Assembly (NCBI GenBank): GCA_038108035.1 | Contig: JAYNHN010000002.1 | Location: 1-45,401 of the forward strand | Source of the DNA: Flavobacteriaceae bacterium | GTDB taxonomy: Bacteria; Bacteroidota; Bacteroidia; Flavobacteriales; Flavobacteriaceae | Length of the DNA stretch: 45,401 nucleotides | Direction: 5' to 3' | Shown here: positions 25,691 through 34,144 of the stretch, piece by piece | Layout: every line of letters begins with the position of its first letter | Position numbering within the stretch: the first letter of the stretch is position 1 | Program-made: the position numbers and the translations under genes | Notes under the pieces: model-generated | The model's input: the letters and a program-made list of their open reading frames with translations, nothing else | Told to the model about the DNA's origin: nothing | Databases searched by the model: none

Positions 25691-26740
25691 ATGCAATTCA
25701 GCTTTTACAAGGTACCCTTAAAAAAACGATTCCCCTTGGCTATTAGTCGTGGCGTTCGATCCCATTCCGAAAATCTGTTCTTACGGTTTGAAAAAGACGG
25801 TATTATAGGATGGGGAGAAGGAGCTCCTGGTTCTACCGAAGGAGCCACAACCCCAGAGGAAATACAAACTGCTTTAGAAACCTTTATTGAAAGCGGTATG
25901 GAAGGCTTTTCCATTCAGGAACTCTTCGACCGGGCAAAAACCATGGGAATTCCACCCTGTGCCTATGTGGCATTGGACACGGCACTCTGGGATTGGACAG
26001 CAAAAAAGGCGGGACTTCCTCTTCGGCAGATTTTAGGATTTCCCAAAGCTACGACTCCTACTTCGGTGACCATTGGAATCAATCCCCCCGAAGTCGTGAA
26101 GGAGCGTATTCCCTTATTGTTGGAAGGTACGACCGTTCAGTCGCTTAAAATCAAATTGGGTTCTCCCAAAGGATTGGACGCTGACAAAGCCATGTTTGAA
26201 CAAGTCATTGAAAGTACCCAAACCTATGATGTTAAAATTCGCGTAGATGCCAACGGGGGCTGGGATGTAGATCAAGCAAAGCATATGATGCAATGGTTGG
26301 CGGATCGTCAAGTAGACTATATTGAACAACCCCTTAAAGAAGGGGCGGAAGCAGATTTAAAAATTTTGTTTAAAAACAGACCCTTACCGATCTATGTTGA
26401 CGAGTCGTGCCGTTTTGCTGAGAGTATTCCCAAGTTTGCTCAATACGTTGATGGAATCAATATGAAATTGATGAAATGTGGAGGAATTACGGAGGCATTA
26501 AGGATCATGGGAACGGCTCGAGCTTTCGGGTTAAAAACCATGATTGGCTGTATGAGTGAATCTTCGGTTGCCATTGCAGCGGCGGCGGCATTAACGGGCG
26601 GTATAGACCATATTGATTTAGATTCACATTATAATTTGGCACCCGATCCGGCAGAGGGAGCTCCTTTGGTTCAGGGGGTTACGCTTCCTAAGGACATGCC
26701 GGGGCATGGAGCCGTACTAAAAGAAGAATTTTATGCTTAA
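25691..26740 (+). CDS. Enolase-superfamily epimerase/racemase (dipeptide epimerase / N-acyl amino acid racemase type)
   Basis: 349 aa. The MR/MLE pattern is KIKLG, RVDANGGW, IEQP, YVDES and MKLMKCGG. Confidence 0.88.
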   Translation: MQFSFYKVPLKKRFPLAISRGVRSHSENLFLRFEKDGIIGWGEGAPGSTEGATTPEEIQTALETFIESGMEGFSIQELFDRAKTMGIPPCAYVALDTALWDWTAKKAGLPLRQILGFPKATTPTSVTIGINPPEVVKERIPLLLEGTTVQSLKIKLGSPKGLDADKAMFEQVIESTQTYDVKIRVDANGGWDVDQAKHMMQWLADRQVDYIEQPLKEGAEADLKILFKNRPLPIYVDESCRFAESIPKFAQYVDGINMKLMKCGGITEALRIMGTARAFGLKTMIGCMSESSVAIAAAAALTGGIDHIDLDSHYNLAPDPAEGAPLVQGVTLPKDMPGHGAVLKEEFYA

Positions 26741-27770
26741 ACCGGATCAAAAGATTGCGGTCTATATGGAAGGACATATAGATAGTGATTACGGTAAAAT
26801 GGGAATTGGGGTAGTTCGCTATTTAAAAAACCCCATCGTAGGAGTGATTGACCAACAAAAAGCGGGGGCAAAAATGAGCGATTTTATGGAAACCTCTAAA
26901 ACGATTCCTGTTTTGAAGAGTTTGGAAGAAGCCATCGACCGAGGGGCTGAAGTTTTGGTTTTAGGGATTGCTCCTTCTGGGGGGAGAATCCCCAAATCTT
27001 GGCATCTCATTATTGAATCTGCTTTGATTTCAGGACTCAGCATTGTCAATGGGCTCCATGATCTGTTGAATCCGATTTGGGGGGCTAAGATTAAAGATCC
27101 CCGGAAACAATGGATTTGGGATGTAAGAATCCCTCCATTTACTCCTCAGATAGCAACAGCACAAGCTGCAACTCTAAAGAATAAACGGGTTTTATTTATT
27201 GGAACCGATATGGCGGTTGGCAAAATGACAGCCGGCTTGGAACTCTACGCCTATTTACTCGAAAAAAAGGCGAACGTAAGTTTTGTTGCTACGGGGCAAA
27301 TTGGGATTACGATTACGGGTAAAGGGATTCCTTTGGATGCTTTTAAAGTGGATCATGCCTGTGGTGCGGTAGAGCAGATGCTAATGCAAGAATCCGACAA
27401 AGACATTGTACTGATTGAAGGACAAGGCTCTTTATTACATCCGGGAAGTACAGCTACTCTTCCTTTGATGCGAGGGAGTTGTCCAACCCATTTGATTCTT
27501 TGCCATCGTGCAGAAAAAAAGACCTTGCGAAGTCCCGAGAATATTCTTATTCCGGATTTAAAAGAGTTTATTGCACTAAACGAATCCTTGGCAACCGTGG
27601 TAGGAACTTTTCCCAAGGCTCAAGTGATTGGGGTAGCGGTCAATACCAGTATGCTGTCTGCCCAAAAAGCAGAGAAGTATATTAACAATTTAAATCAAGA
27701 GTTGGGCATCCCAGTAACCGATCCAGTTCGCTACGATATGAAGGAAATCGGGGACTTAATTCTGGGCTAG
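26733..27770 (+). CDS. DUF1611-family protein (DgcN-like N-acetyltransferase family)
   Basis: 345 aa. It has the P-loop-like segment LFIGTDMAVGKMT and the block IEGQGSLLHPGS. Its ATG overlaps the epimerase stop by 8 nt. Confidence 0.8.
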   Translation: MLKPDQKIAVYMEGHIDSDYGKMGIGVVRYLKNPIVGVIDQQKAGAKMSDFMETSKTIPVLKSLEEAIDRGAEVLVLGIAPSGGRIPKSWHLIIESALISGLSIVNGLHDLLNPIWGAKIKDPRKQWIWDVRIPPFTPQIATAQAATLKNKRVLFIGTDMAVGKMTAGLELYAYLLEKKANVSFVATGQIGITITGKGIPLDAFKVDHACGAVEQMLMQESDKDIVLIEGQGSLLHPGSTATLPLMRGSCPTHLILCHRAEKKTLRSPENILIPDLKEFIALNESLATVVGTFPKAQVIGVAVNTSMLSAQKAEKYINNLNQELGIPVTDPVRYDMKEIGDLILG

Positions 27771-28687
27771 TACATTTTCTTTCGATCAACTTGTTGTGGA
27801 ATAGGAATTCCTTTTTCAACACATTCAAAGCAATGTATGACTTGTTTCACACTTTCTTCGGGATAGGTCAAACTAGCAATGTGGGGTGTAATATGAATTT
27901 TAGGGTGCAACCATAAAGGGCTGTCTTGAGTCAGGGGTTCCTCTTCAAAAACATCTAAAAAAGCACCGGTCAGTAGACCTTGGTCTAGGGCTTCTATGAT
28001 GTCTTTTTCAACTTGGATACTCCCTCTTGAGACATTGATTAGATAGGTGGGTGTTTTTAATTTTTTAAACAATTCGATATTTAAAAGAGCATGCGTTTTA
28101 GGGGTGTATGGAACGGTACAGATCAGTACATTGATTTGGGCAAAAAAATCATCAAGAGTATCACCTGAATAGGAGGGAAAAGGGGTGTTTTTGGGCGAGT
28201 TGCTGTATCCGAAAACTTCAAAGCCAAGATGATGCAATTTTAGAGCTGCATCCATTCCTAAATGCCCGGTTCCTAAAATTCCAATTTTTAAGGTTCTTTC
28301 ATTAAATTCAAATTGAGCCCAGTGTTTCTTTTGTTGTGCCTTTCGAAAATCGTCCCAGGATCGGTGGTAATTCAGTACCGCCATCGATAGATAGTTTGTC
28401 ATTGAAAATGCCATTTGAGGATCTACTACACGACAGATCGGAATATCTTTAGGAATGGTGGGATCTGAAAGAACATGATCTACTCCGGCACCCATAGAAA
28501 AAATTAGCTTTAAATTTTTAAAACGTGAGAGTGAACCAATAGGCTGTTTCCAAACCATCGCACAAACCACCTCTTCTGGATTCGAACCTTCCCACCCGAT
28601 TTGCAATGGAATATGGGGGGCTAGTTGTTCAAATTGTCTCTTCCAATTTTTTGTAGGTACAGGAGGGGCAATGATGACAAATCGCAT
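27767..28687 (-). CDS. D-isomer-specific 2-hydroxyacid dehydrogenase (GhrA-like glyoxylate/hydroxypyruvate reductase)
   Basis: 306 aa. The NAD motif is IGILGTGHLGMDAA. The catalytic region is NVSRGSIQVE...LDVFEEEPL...HITPHIAS. It aligns end to end with E. coli GhrA from memory. Confidence 0.88.
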   Translation of the reverse strand: MRFVIIAPPVPTKNWKRQFEQLAPHIPLQIGWEGSNPEEVVCAMVWKQPIGSLSRFKNLKLIFSMGAGVDHVLSDPTIPKDIPICRVVDPQMAFSMTNYLSMAVLNYHRSWDDFRKAQQKKHWAQFEFNERTLKIGILGTGHLGMDAALKLHHLGFEVFGYSNSPKNTPFPSYSGDTLDDFFAQINVLICTVPYTPKTHALLNIELFKKLKTPTYLINVSRGSIQVEKDIIEALDQGLLTGAFLDVFEEEPLTQDSPLWLHPKIHITPHIASLTYPEESVKQVIHCFECVEKGIPIPQQVDRKKMY

Positions 28688-28769
28688 AGATAAGTATTTA
28701 TAAGGTACATTAAAGATAGCTTAATTTGAGTACCTTTATACAAACTTTTTGGAAGAAAATCAAGCTTAA

Positions 28770-29303
28770 ATGAAATCACTATTCGTATCGTTGAATTTGG
28801 GAATGACCCTATGGGTTCTTTTAATGGGCTGTTCAAAAGAAAGTGAATTGGAGTCGTCGGAATCGTTGAGTCTAAAATCTGAAATAGCAGAAAAAATTTT
28901 GATAAAAACCAACGCCCTTCGAAAAGGAAAAAATCTTGCTGCCTTGACCCAAGATGACCAAATGGATCAATTGGCGATGTTGCACAGCGATAATATGGTT
29001 GCATTTGATTTTTTTGCTCATGAAGATCATCAAAATAAAACACCTTCCGATCGTGCGGATGACTTGTCTTTTTCGTGGAGTAGTATTGCAGAAAATATTG
29101 GTTTTGTCCCTTGGTTTGAAAATGTAGAGGGTTGTGGTGATACCCGTAGTGCTGAGGCAATTGCGGAATGTGTGGTAGAGGGTTGGAGAAATTCTCCAGG
29201 CCATTATGCCAATATGATGGGAAATTTTACTCAGCTGGGGGTAGGAGTTGCTTTTACCAAAGACAGTTTAGCGTACTTTACTCAAGTTTTTAGAATTCCC
29301 TAG
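28770..29303 (+). CDS. CAP (SCP/PR-1-like) domain lipoprotein
   Basis: 177 aa. The lipobox is VLLMGCSKE. The CAP motifs are HSDNM...FAHED and GWRNSPGHYANMM. Confidence 0.85.
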   Translation: MKSLFVSLNLGMTLWVLLMGCSKESELESSESLSLKSEIAEKILIKTNALRKGKNLAALTQDDQMDQLAMLHSDNMVAFDFFAHEDHQNKTPSDRADDLSFSWSSIAENIGFVPWFENVEGCGDTRSAEAIAECVVEGWRNSPGHYANMMGNFTQLGVGVAFTKDSLAYFTQVFRIP

Positions 29304-29305
29304 AA

Positions 29306-29764
29306 TTACTTGCAGTGATGGTCTGCTGCTCGAGTAGCTATTTGATTGTCTGGTTTTACATTTACTTTGTATCCTAAAGAATTGGCCCAACCTTTGGCAG
29401 CAGAAATCAATTTATGCGATTTAAAATTCTCATCTCCGTTATAATCCATGTCAATTTCAACACGTATAGAGATCTTTTTGGTAAGCCATTCAGCAAGATC
29501 AACGCTACACTCGGCTTCTTTCCATAGACGGGTCCACATATCCCGGATGACATCTACACTGAATTTGCTAAGAATATAGTGCACCCCTCTAGACCCCAGA
29601 CGGTAAGCGATCACTACCGTATAATTCGTTTTTTTGTTGATGTTTTGGGAATCCGTACCGATATGAATTTCAGCATACGGATAGGCTTTGATCACCTCAA
29701 GGGTGTGACTTACTGGGTCGATTCGATGCCCTTGTATGTTTTTGAATAATAACATTTGATACAT
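29306..29764 (-). CDS. RNase H-like YkuK/DUF458 family protein
   Basis: 152 aa. The block AEIHIGTDSQNINKKTNYTVVIAYR matches the DUF458 core as I remember it. Confidence 0.7.
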   Translation of the reverse strand: MYQMLLFKNIQGHRIDPVSHTLEVIKAYPYAEIHIGTDSQNINKKTNYTVVIAYRLGSRGVHYILSKFSVDVIRDMWTRLWKEAECSVDLAEWLTKKISIRVEIDMDYNGDENFKSHKLISAAKGWANSLGYKVNVKPDNQIATRAADHHCK

Positions 29765-29810
29765 CTAATTTAAAAATACTATTTTGGTTGGAGGAAAGAA
29801 ACCTTGTTTT

Positions 29811-30251
29811 ATGACGGATATTTTATTTACAATTTGCAATACGGCTATATTGTTTGCTTGGGGCGTGGTTCTTTTTAATCCTAAATGGAGATTTTCAAAG
29901 CAATTAATTGCATATCCCTGGGTTCCATTATTTCTCAGCTTTTTTTATCTGTATTTCCTTGTGGTAGCAGGCGGTTTAGCGGATGCGGATTTTACAAGCC
30001 TTAAAGGTATAACCACACTATTTAGGCAGTCTACTCCCGAATCGGCGGCGGCGGGGTGGTTGCATTATCTAGCTTTTGACTTTTGGGTAGGAATGTGGAT
30101 GATTCGTCATAGTCAAAAAAACCAGATAGGTCATTTATGGGTGCTGTTTCCCTTAACATGTACCTTTATGTTGGGGCCAGTAGGGATCTTGATTTATAGT
30201 TTGATTTTCTTTGGAATGAAGAGGTTTAAGACGGCCAGTGAAAAGAAATAG
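29811..30251 (+). CDS. ABA4-like (DUF4281) membrane protein
   Basis: Four helices are predicted and the WLHYLAFDFWVGMW block is present. The start is at ATG 29811 (MTDILFT...); the track's 29784 is TTG. Confidence 0.7.
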   Translation: MTDILFTICNTAILFAWGVVLFNPKWRFSKQLIAYPWVPLFLSFFYLYFLVVAGGLADADFTSLKGITTLFRQSTPESAAAGWLHYLAFDFWVGMWMIRHSQKNQIGHLWVLFPLTCTFMLGPVGILIYSLIFFGMKRFKTASEKK

Positions 30252-30630
30252 TTTGCTTTAAATCGGGATGAAGTGACTGGGCTACCGGACAAGTCAAGGC
30301 GGCTCTTTCAAGTAGCGTTTGAGTTTTTGGATCAAAACTTTTCGGAAAATGCAGATTAACTTGAATTTCAACGATTCTTCGAGGATTGACCCCCATTATT
30401 TTGGTTACCGCTGCAGTGGTTTCTGTCAGATCAATTTCTAAATCCCGTGCTTTGATCCCCATGATCGTAATCATACACGAGGCCAAAGCAGTCGCAACGG
30501 TATCAGTAGGTGAAAACGCGGCTCCTTTTCCGTGGTTGTCCAAGGGTGCATCGGTGATCATTGTTTTTTCAGATGCGGTATGGGTGGAAGTGGTTCGAAG
30601 GGCTCCCAAATAGGTAACAGTACTGGTCAT
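30226..30630 (-). CDS. OsmC-family peroxiredoxin-like protein
   Basis: The OsmC core is FSPTDTVATALASCMITIMG...ERAALTCPVAQSL. The start is at ATG 30630 (MTSTVTYLG..., 134 aa). The 37 extra codons in the track ORF look non-coding. Confidence 0.85.
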   Translation of the reverse strand: MTSTVTYLGALRTTSTHTASEKTMITDAPLDNHGKGAAFSPTDTVATALASCMITIMGIKARDLEIDLTETTAAVTKIMGVNPRRIVEIQVNLHFPKSFDPKTQTLLERAALTCPVAQSLHPDLKQTISFHWPS

Positions 30631-30758
30631 AATGTGATGAATTTTTGATGGATAAAATCGCCCAGAGCAGCTCCCAAACCCAGTAGGAACGGGTAGATCA
30701 GAAATAGCCAAAGCCCGTCTTTTAGGCTGAGCGTATTCCAATAATTTTTTGTGTTCAT
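30627..30758 (-). CDS. Candidate 43-aa single-helix membrane peptide, stop overlapping the OsmC start (ATGA)
   Basis: The peptide is MNTKNYWNTLSLKDGLWLFLIYPFLLGLGAALGDFIHQKFITL*. It is below the ORF-track size cut-off. The same frame stays hydrophobic upstream as far as an in-frame TGA. Confidence 0.3.
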   Translation of the reverse strand: MNTKNYWNTLSLKDGLWLFLIYPFLLGLGAALGDFIHQKFITL

Positions 30759-30925
30759 CAGACCATTTATAAATTCGTACAAACTTTTACATTGGATCCA
30801 ATACGCTAGTGCATTGGCGGCAAGGGCGATTAGTAATATAAAAAGTCAGATAATATACAGGCGAATCATCCTCAAAAATAAACAACTTTAAAGAGTATTG
30901 TGTATTTTAGACTCAAACAAATTCA

Positions 30926-31105
30926 ATGAAATTACGATGGATTGTTAAAGGAGTCTTTTTTTTGGCTGCTGTCCTTTGTGGAACAGTGGTAGGGATAATG
31001 TTTTCCAAGCTTTCTTTTATCGATTGGCCCTATTTGATCGGTGGAGGAGTATTTCTGCTTCTTGGCATTGTGATTCCAGTCAAAAAGAAGAACAAACCAC
31101 ATTAA
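30926..31105 (+). CDS. Candidate 59-aa two-helix membrane protein
   Basis: The ATG-started ORF reads MKLRWIVKGVFFLAAVLCGTVVGIMFSKLSFIDWPYLIGGGVFLLLGIVIPVKKKNKPH*. It has a clean helix-loop-helix with basic ends. It is more protein-like than the antisense 65-aa TTG ORF in the track. Confidence 0.4.
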   Translation: MKLRWIVKGVFFLAAVLCGTVVGIMFSKLSFIDWPYLIGGGVFLLLGIVIPVKKKNKPH

Positions 31106-31213
31106 GACATTGAAATCATAAATGTACAAATGAAACAGATACGATTCATTACTAGACAGAATGAAGATTAGGGTGTTCGAATTGGTTCATTTGAAAACGG
31201 TAAATAGAAAGAC

Positions 31214-32644
31214 ATGAAAAAAACAATTTATTTTTTAGTATCGCTTGGGCTTTTACTTCCTCTTCAAGCGCAAAACAAAAAAAACTTAAAAAAAGAGGTG
31301 ATTTCGAGTATCGAAGCACAAAAAAAGCAGTTGATCGATGTAAGCGATACCATTTGGGCGGCTGCTGAGGTTGCTTTTCAAGAAAAAGTTTCTGCTGAAA
31401 CTTTAATCGAATATGCTAAAGCCAATGGTTTTGAAGTTGAGGTGGGTGTAGCTGAAACCCCTACTGCCTTTGTGGCTTCTTACGGCTCTGGAAGACCTAT
31501 TATCGGGATTTTGGGTGAATTCGATGCCCTTCCGGGAATTTCTCAAAAAGCGGTACCTGAAAAAACACCTCTTCACAAGGGTGCTGCAGGACACGGCTGT
31601 GGCCACAATCTTTTTGGGACGGCCAGTTTGGGTGCTGCCGTAGCGATCAAAAATCTGATTGCTCAGGGCAAGCTCCAAGGTACCGTTCGGTTTTATGGAA
31701 CCCCTGCTGAAGAAAAGTTTTTTGGAAAACTGTGGATGGCTCGTGCGGGATTATTTGATGATTTAGATGCTTGTATGGATTGGCATCCGGCAGATACTAC
31801 CGAAGCCGATGTACAAAGTTCACTGGCATTGGTGGACTTTAAAGTAGAGTTTTTTGGGCAAACGGCTCATGCTTCTGCCGACCCTTGGAACGGAAGGAGT
31901 GCTTCCGATGCTTTGGAGTTATACACTCACGGAATCAATTCCTATCGGGAACATGTCAAACCAACGGTTCGAATTCATTACCACATTCAGGATGGAGGAC
32001 AGGTAGTCAATGTAGTCCCTGACTATGCTCGCCTTTGGGTACGAGTACGCGATACCAAACGTGAAGGAATGAACGAAGTGTATGAACGGGTAAAGGCAAT
32101 GGCAGAAGGAGCGGCTATTTTAGCCAATGTAGATTATAAAGTGAATCTGATTTCGGGAATTCACGAAATTCTTCCCAATCGTGCGGGAGGTGCTGCCGTT
32201 CAAAAAAATCTAGAGACTTTAGGAGAACTGACTTATACCCAAGAGGAATTGGAGTTTGCCTATAAAATACAGGAAGCGACTTCCAAACCTAAATTGGGAA
32301 TCGACGGTAAAATACGACCCTTAAAACCCACGGCTGAACATCCCATGGGAGGTTCAACCGATGTAGGGGATGTCAGTTTCCTTGTGCCGGTTGTCCGGAT
32401 GGGAGCTACTGTTGCACCCAAAGGAACCCCTTGGCATTCATGGGCAGTAGTTGCTTGTGGAGGAATGTCCATTGGCCACAAAGGAATGGTCTATGCGGCC
32501 AAAGCATTAGGGATGTCCATGGTTGACCTTTTTGCCGATAAAGCCTTGCTTCAATCCATTAAAGATGAGTTTAAAGAACGTAAAGGAGATTACCAATACG
32601 AAGCACTATTGCCTCCCGGACCACCACCGTTGGATGGGGAGTGA
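31214..32644 (+). CDS. Secreted M20-family amidohydrolase (AbgB / aminobenzoyl-glutamate hydrolase B-like)
   Basis: 476 aa. The signal peptide is LVSLGLLLPLQAQ. The metal-binding block is GHGCGHNLFG, with GTPAEE also present. Confidence 0.88.
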   Translation: MKKTIYFLVSLGLLLPLQAQNKKNLKKEVISSIEAQKKQLIDVSDTIWAAAEVAFQEKVSAETLIEYAKANGFEVEVGVAETPTAFVASYGSGRPIIGILGEFDALPGISQKAVPEKTPLHKGAAGHGCGHNLFGTASLGAAVAIKNLIAQGKLQGTVRFYGTPAEEKFFGKLWMARAGLFDDLDACMDWHPADTTEADVQSSLALVDFKVEFFGQTAHASADPWNGRSASDALELYTHGINSYREHVKPTVRIHYHIQDGGQVVNVVPDYARLWVRVRDTKREGMNEVYERVKAMAEGAAILANVDYKVNLISGIHEILPNRAGGAAVQKNLETLGELTYTQEELEFAYKIQEATSKPKLGIDGKIRPLKPTAEHPMGGSTDVGDVSFLVPVVRMGATVAPKGTPWHSWAVVACGGMSIGHKGMVYAAKALGMSMVDLFADKALLQSIKDEFKERKGDYQYEALLPPGPPPLDGE

Positions 32645-32663
32645 TTGAAGCGTGTGTAAGAAT

Positions 32664-33817
32664 CTATTTAATGGCAGTGAGTTCTTGATTTAAAATTTCT
32701 TTTAAAAGAGGCGTACCTTTATATTAAAATCAACGATCACTCCACTTTCATTAAGCAACAGATTAAAAGCAATAACATTGACAAAGAAGCGTTCTGAGGT
32801 AGTTCCCAAAGAATCGACCACATGAATCCAGTTTATATCATCCACTAGGATTGCTTTTTCCCAATTGATTTGAATTTAGATAAATAAAAATACCGAGAAT
32901 TTCAAAGCCTTTGTTTTTATACACATTATAAGTCTCAAGCAAAGCCGAATTTTGTTGCCTACAGAGGGCGCACCAGGAGGCCTAAAATTCAAGAAGTAAA
33001 AATTTTGCTTTATTGATTGACGATTAATCAAAGTACCAGAAAGACTGGGAAGGATCAATTCCGATAGAGTTTGACCAACTACAAGCAACCCTTTTTGCTC
33101 AATATAGGTTTAGATACGCTCCAGATCGGTTGTGTTTTGATAAACCGTATCTAACTTCTGGTACAGCGTTTTTATATAATCGAAATTGAGAACGTCATAA
33201 AAGAGCGTGAATTTCAATAGAAATTGTCCACCCAAAACAGACTGAGAATTGGCGCTAATAAATTTATCCAAGTTTTGATACAATAAGTTGGTTTTGATTG
33301 AATCATTGGTGGCTGGATGAAATTTATTTTCCATATGAAGTTCAAATCCAGTTTTTAAGTCTTGACTCTTGGATCCTCGAATACTGTAAAGATCCAAAAA
33401 GTTGACCAACGCACCCTCCGAATTTGGTTTTTGATAATGAACAAAAACAGAGATATTTTCGTTTTCTAACATAAAATCAATTGCTGTCATGGGTTTATTT
33501 GAGAAAGGGAAGTTGAGAATTAAATAAGCCAATGAGGGTTTTTCAACAACTCCTTCAAAATTAAAAGTCCCATCAGTTGCTGATACCCTATCAAGAATAT
33601 TCGAATACTCAAAATAGAGCACTCCTTGAAAATCTCCTTTTATTTTTCCTTTTAAAGAAAAGTTTTTCTTGGGATGATTTTCTTTATTGTCACAACTAAG
33701 CATTAGAAAAAAGAAGTACCGATTTGATAGAATTTTGATTGGATGGATTTTTTTACTGTAGTTATTTGGAGCACGGCTATATCTATTTGTAAAACCCGAA
33801 GCAAAATTTTTAAACAA
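32664..33817 (-). pseudogene. Decayed DUF4369 + TlpA/ResA-like thiol:disulfide oxidoreductase lipoprotein gene
   Basis: The DUF4369-like N-domain ORF (33110..33817) ends at an in-frame TAA. The thioredoxin-fold part is readable only across at least three frame changes. A TAG (32982..32984) sits where FWASWC should have Trp. The motif ASWCALC, the block GFEILGI, and the segments INWEKAI...WIHVVD and ...LKEILNQELTAIK* lie in different frames. Confidence 0.75.
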
Positions 33818-34144
33818 AACTAAAGTATATTACGATTAGGACCCATTTTATTTTTGAAACTTAAATACATAGATAACCGAAGTTTTAATTGAACGAACTC
33901 TTTAGAAATGATTGCTTTTTAAGGGTGCGACTCTAAGTTTAGAAAGAAAAAACGGGTTAAAAGGTCTTAAAAGAGAGGAGTTGTTTTGTAGCTCATGTAT
34001 TAAAGGGAATATTTATGGGACCATAACAATAGCATAATTATATTTAAAAGCACTAAGTTTTGTGGGATAGGTAAACACCAAAATGTTAAAGTATAATTAG
34101 GCTTTTATATCAAAGAGTAAAAATACTATTCTAATGAAAACTTA

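Noticed and set aside
28621-29160. A 179-aa ORF on the minus strand, long enough to look like a gene
   Set aside because: It is antisense to the well-supported CAP-domain gene and overlaps the 5' end of the dehydrogenase gene. Its sequence is low-complexity (His/Gln/Tyr/Phe-rich) with no recognisable motif, as expected for a shadow ORF.
30631-30741. The N-terminal 37-codon extension of the OsmC ORF (171-aa version)
   Set aside because: OsmC proteins are about 135-140 aa. The extension (MEYAQPKRRALAISDLPVP...) is not OsmC-like. It also overlaps, in another frame, the hydrophobic small ORF that ends in the ATGA junction.
30932-31129. The 65-aa minus-strand ORF listed in the track
   Set aside because: It has a TTG start and no protein-like pattern. 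The opposite strand carries a much more plausible ATG-started two-helix membrane ORF (30926..31105).
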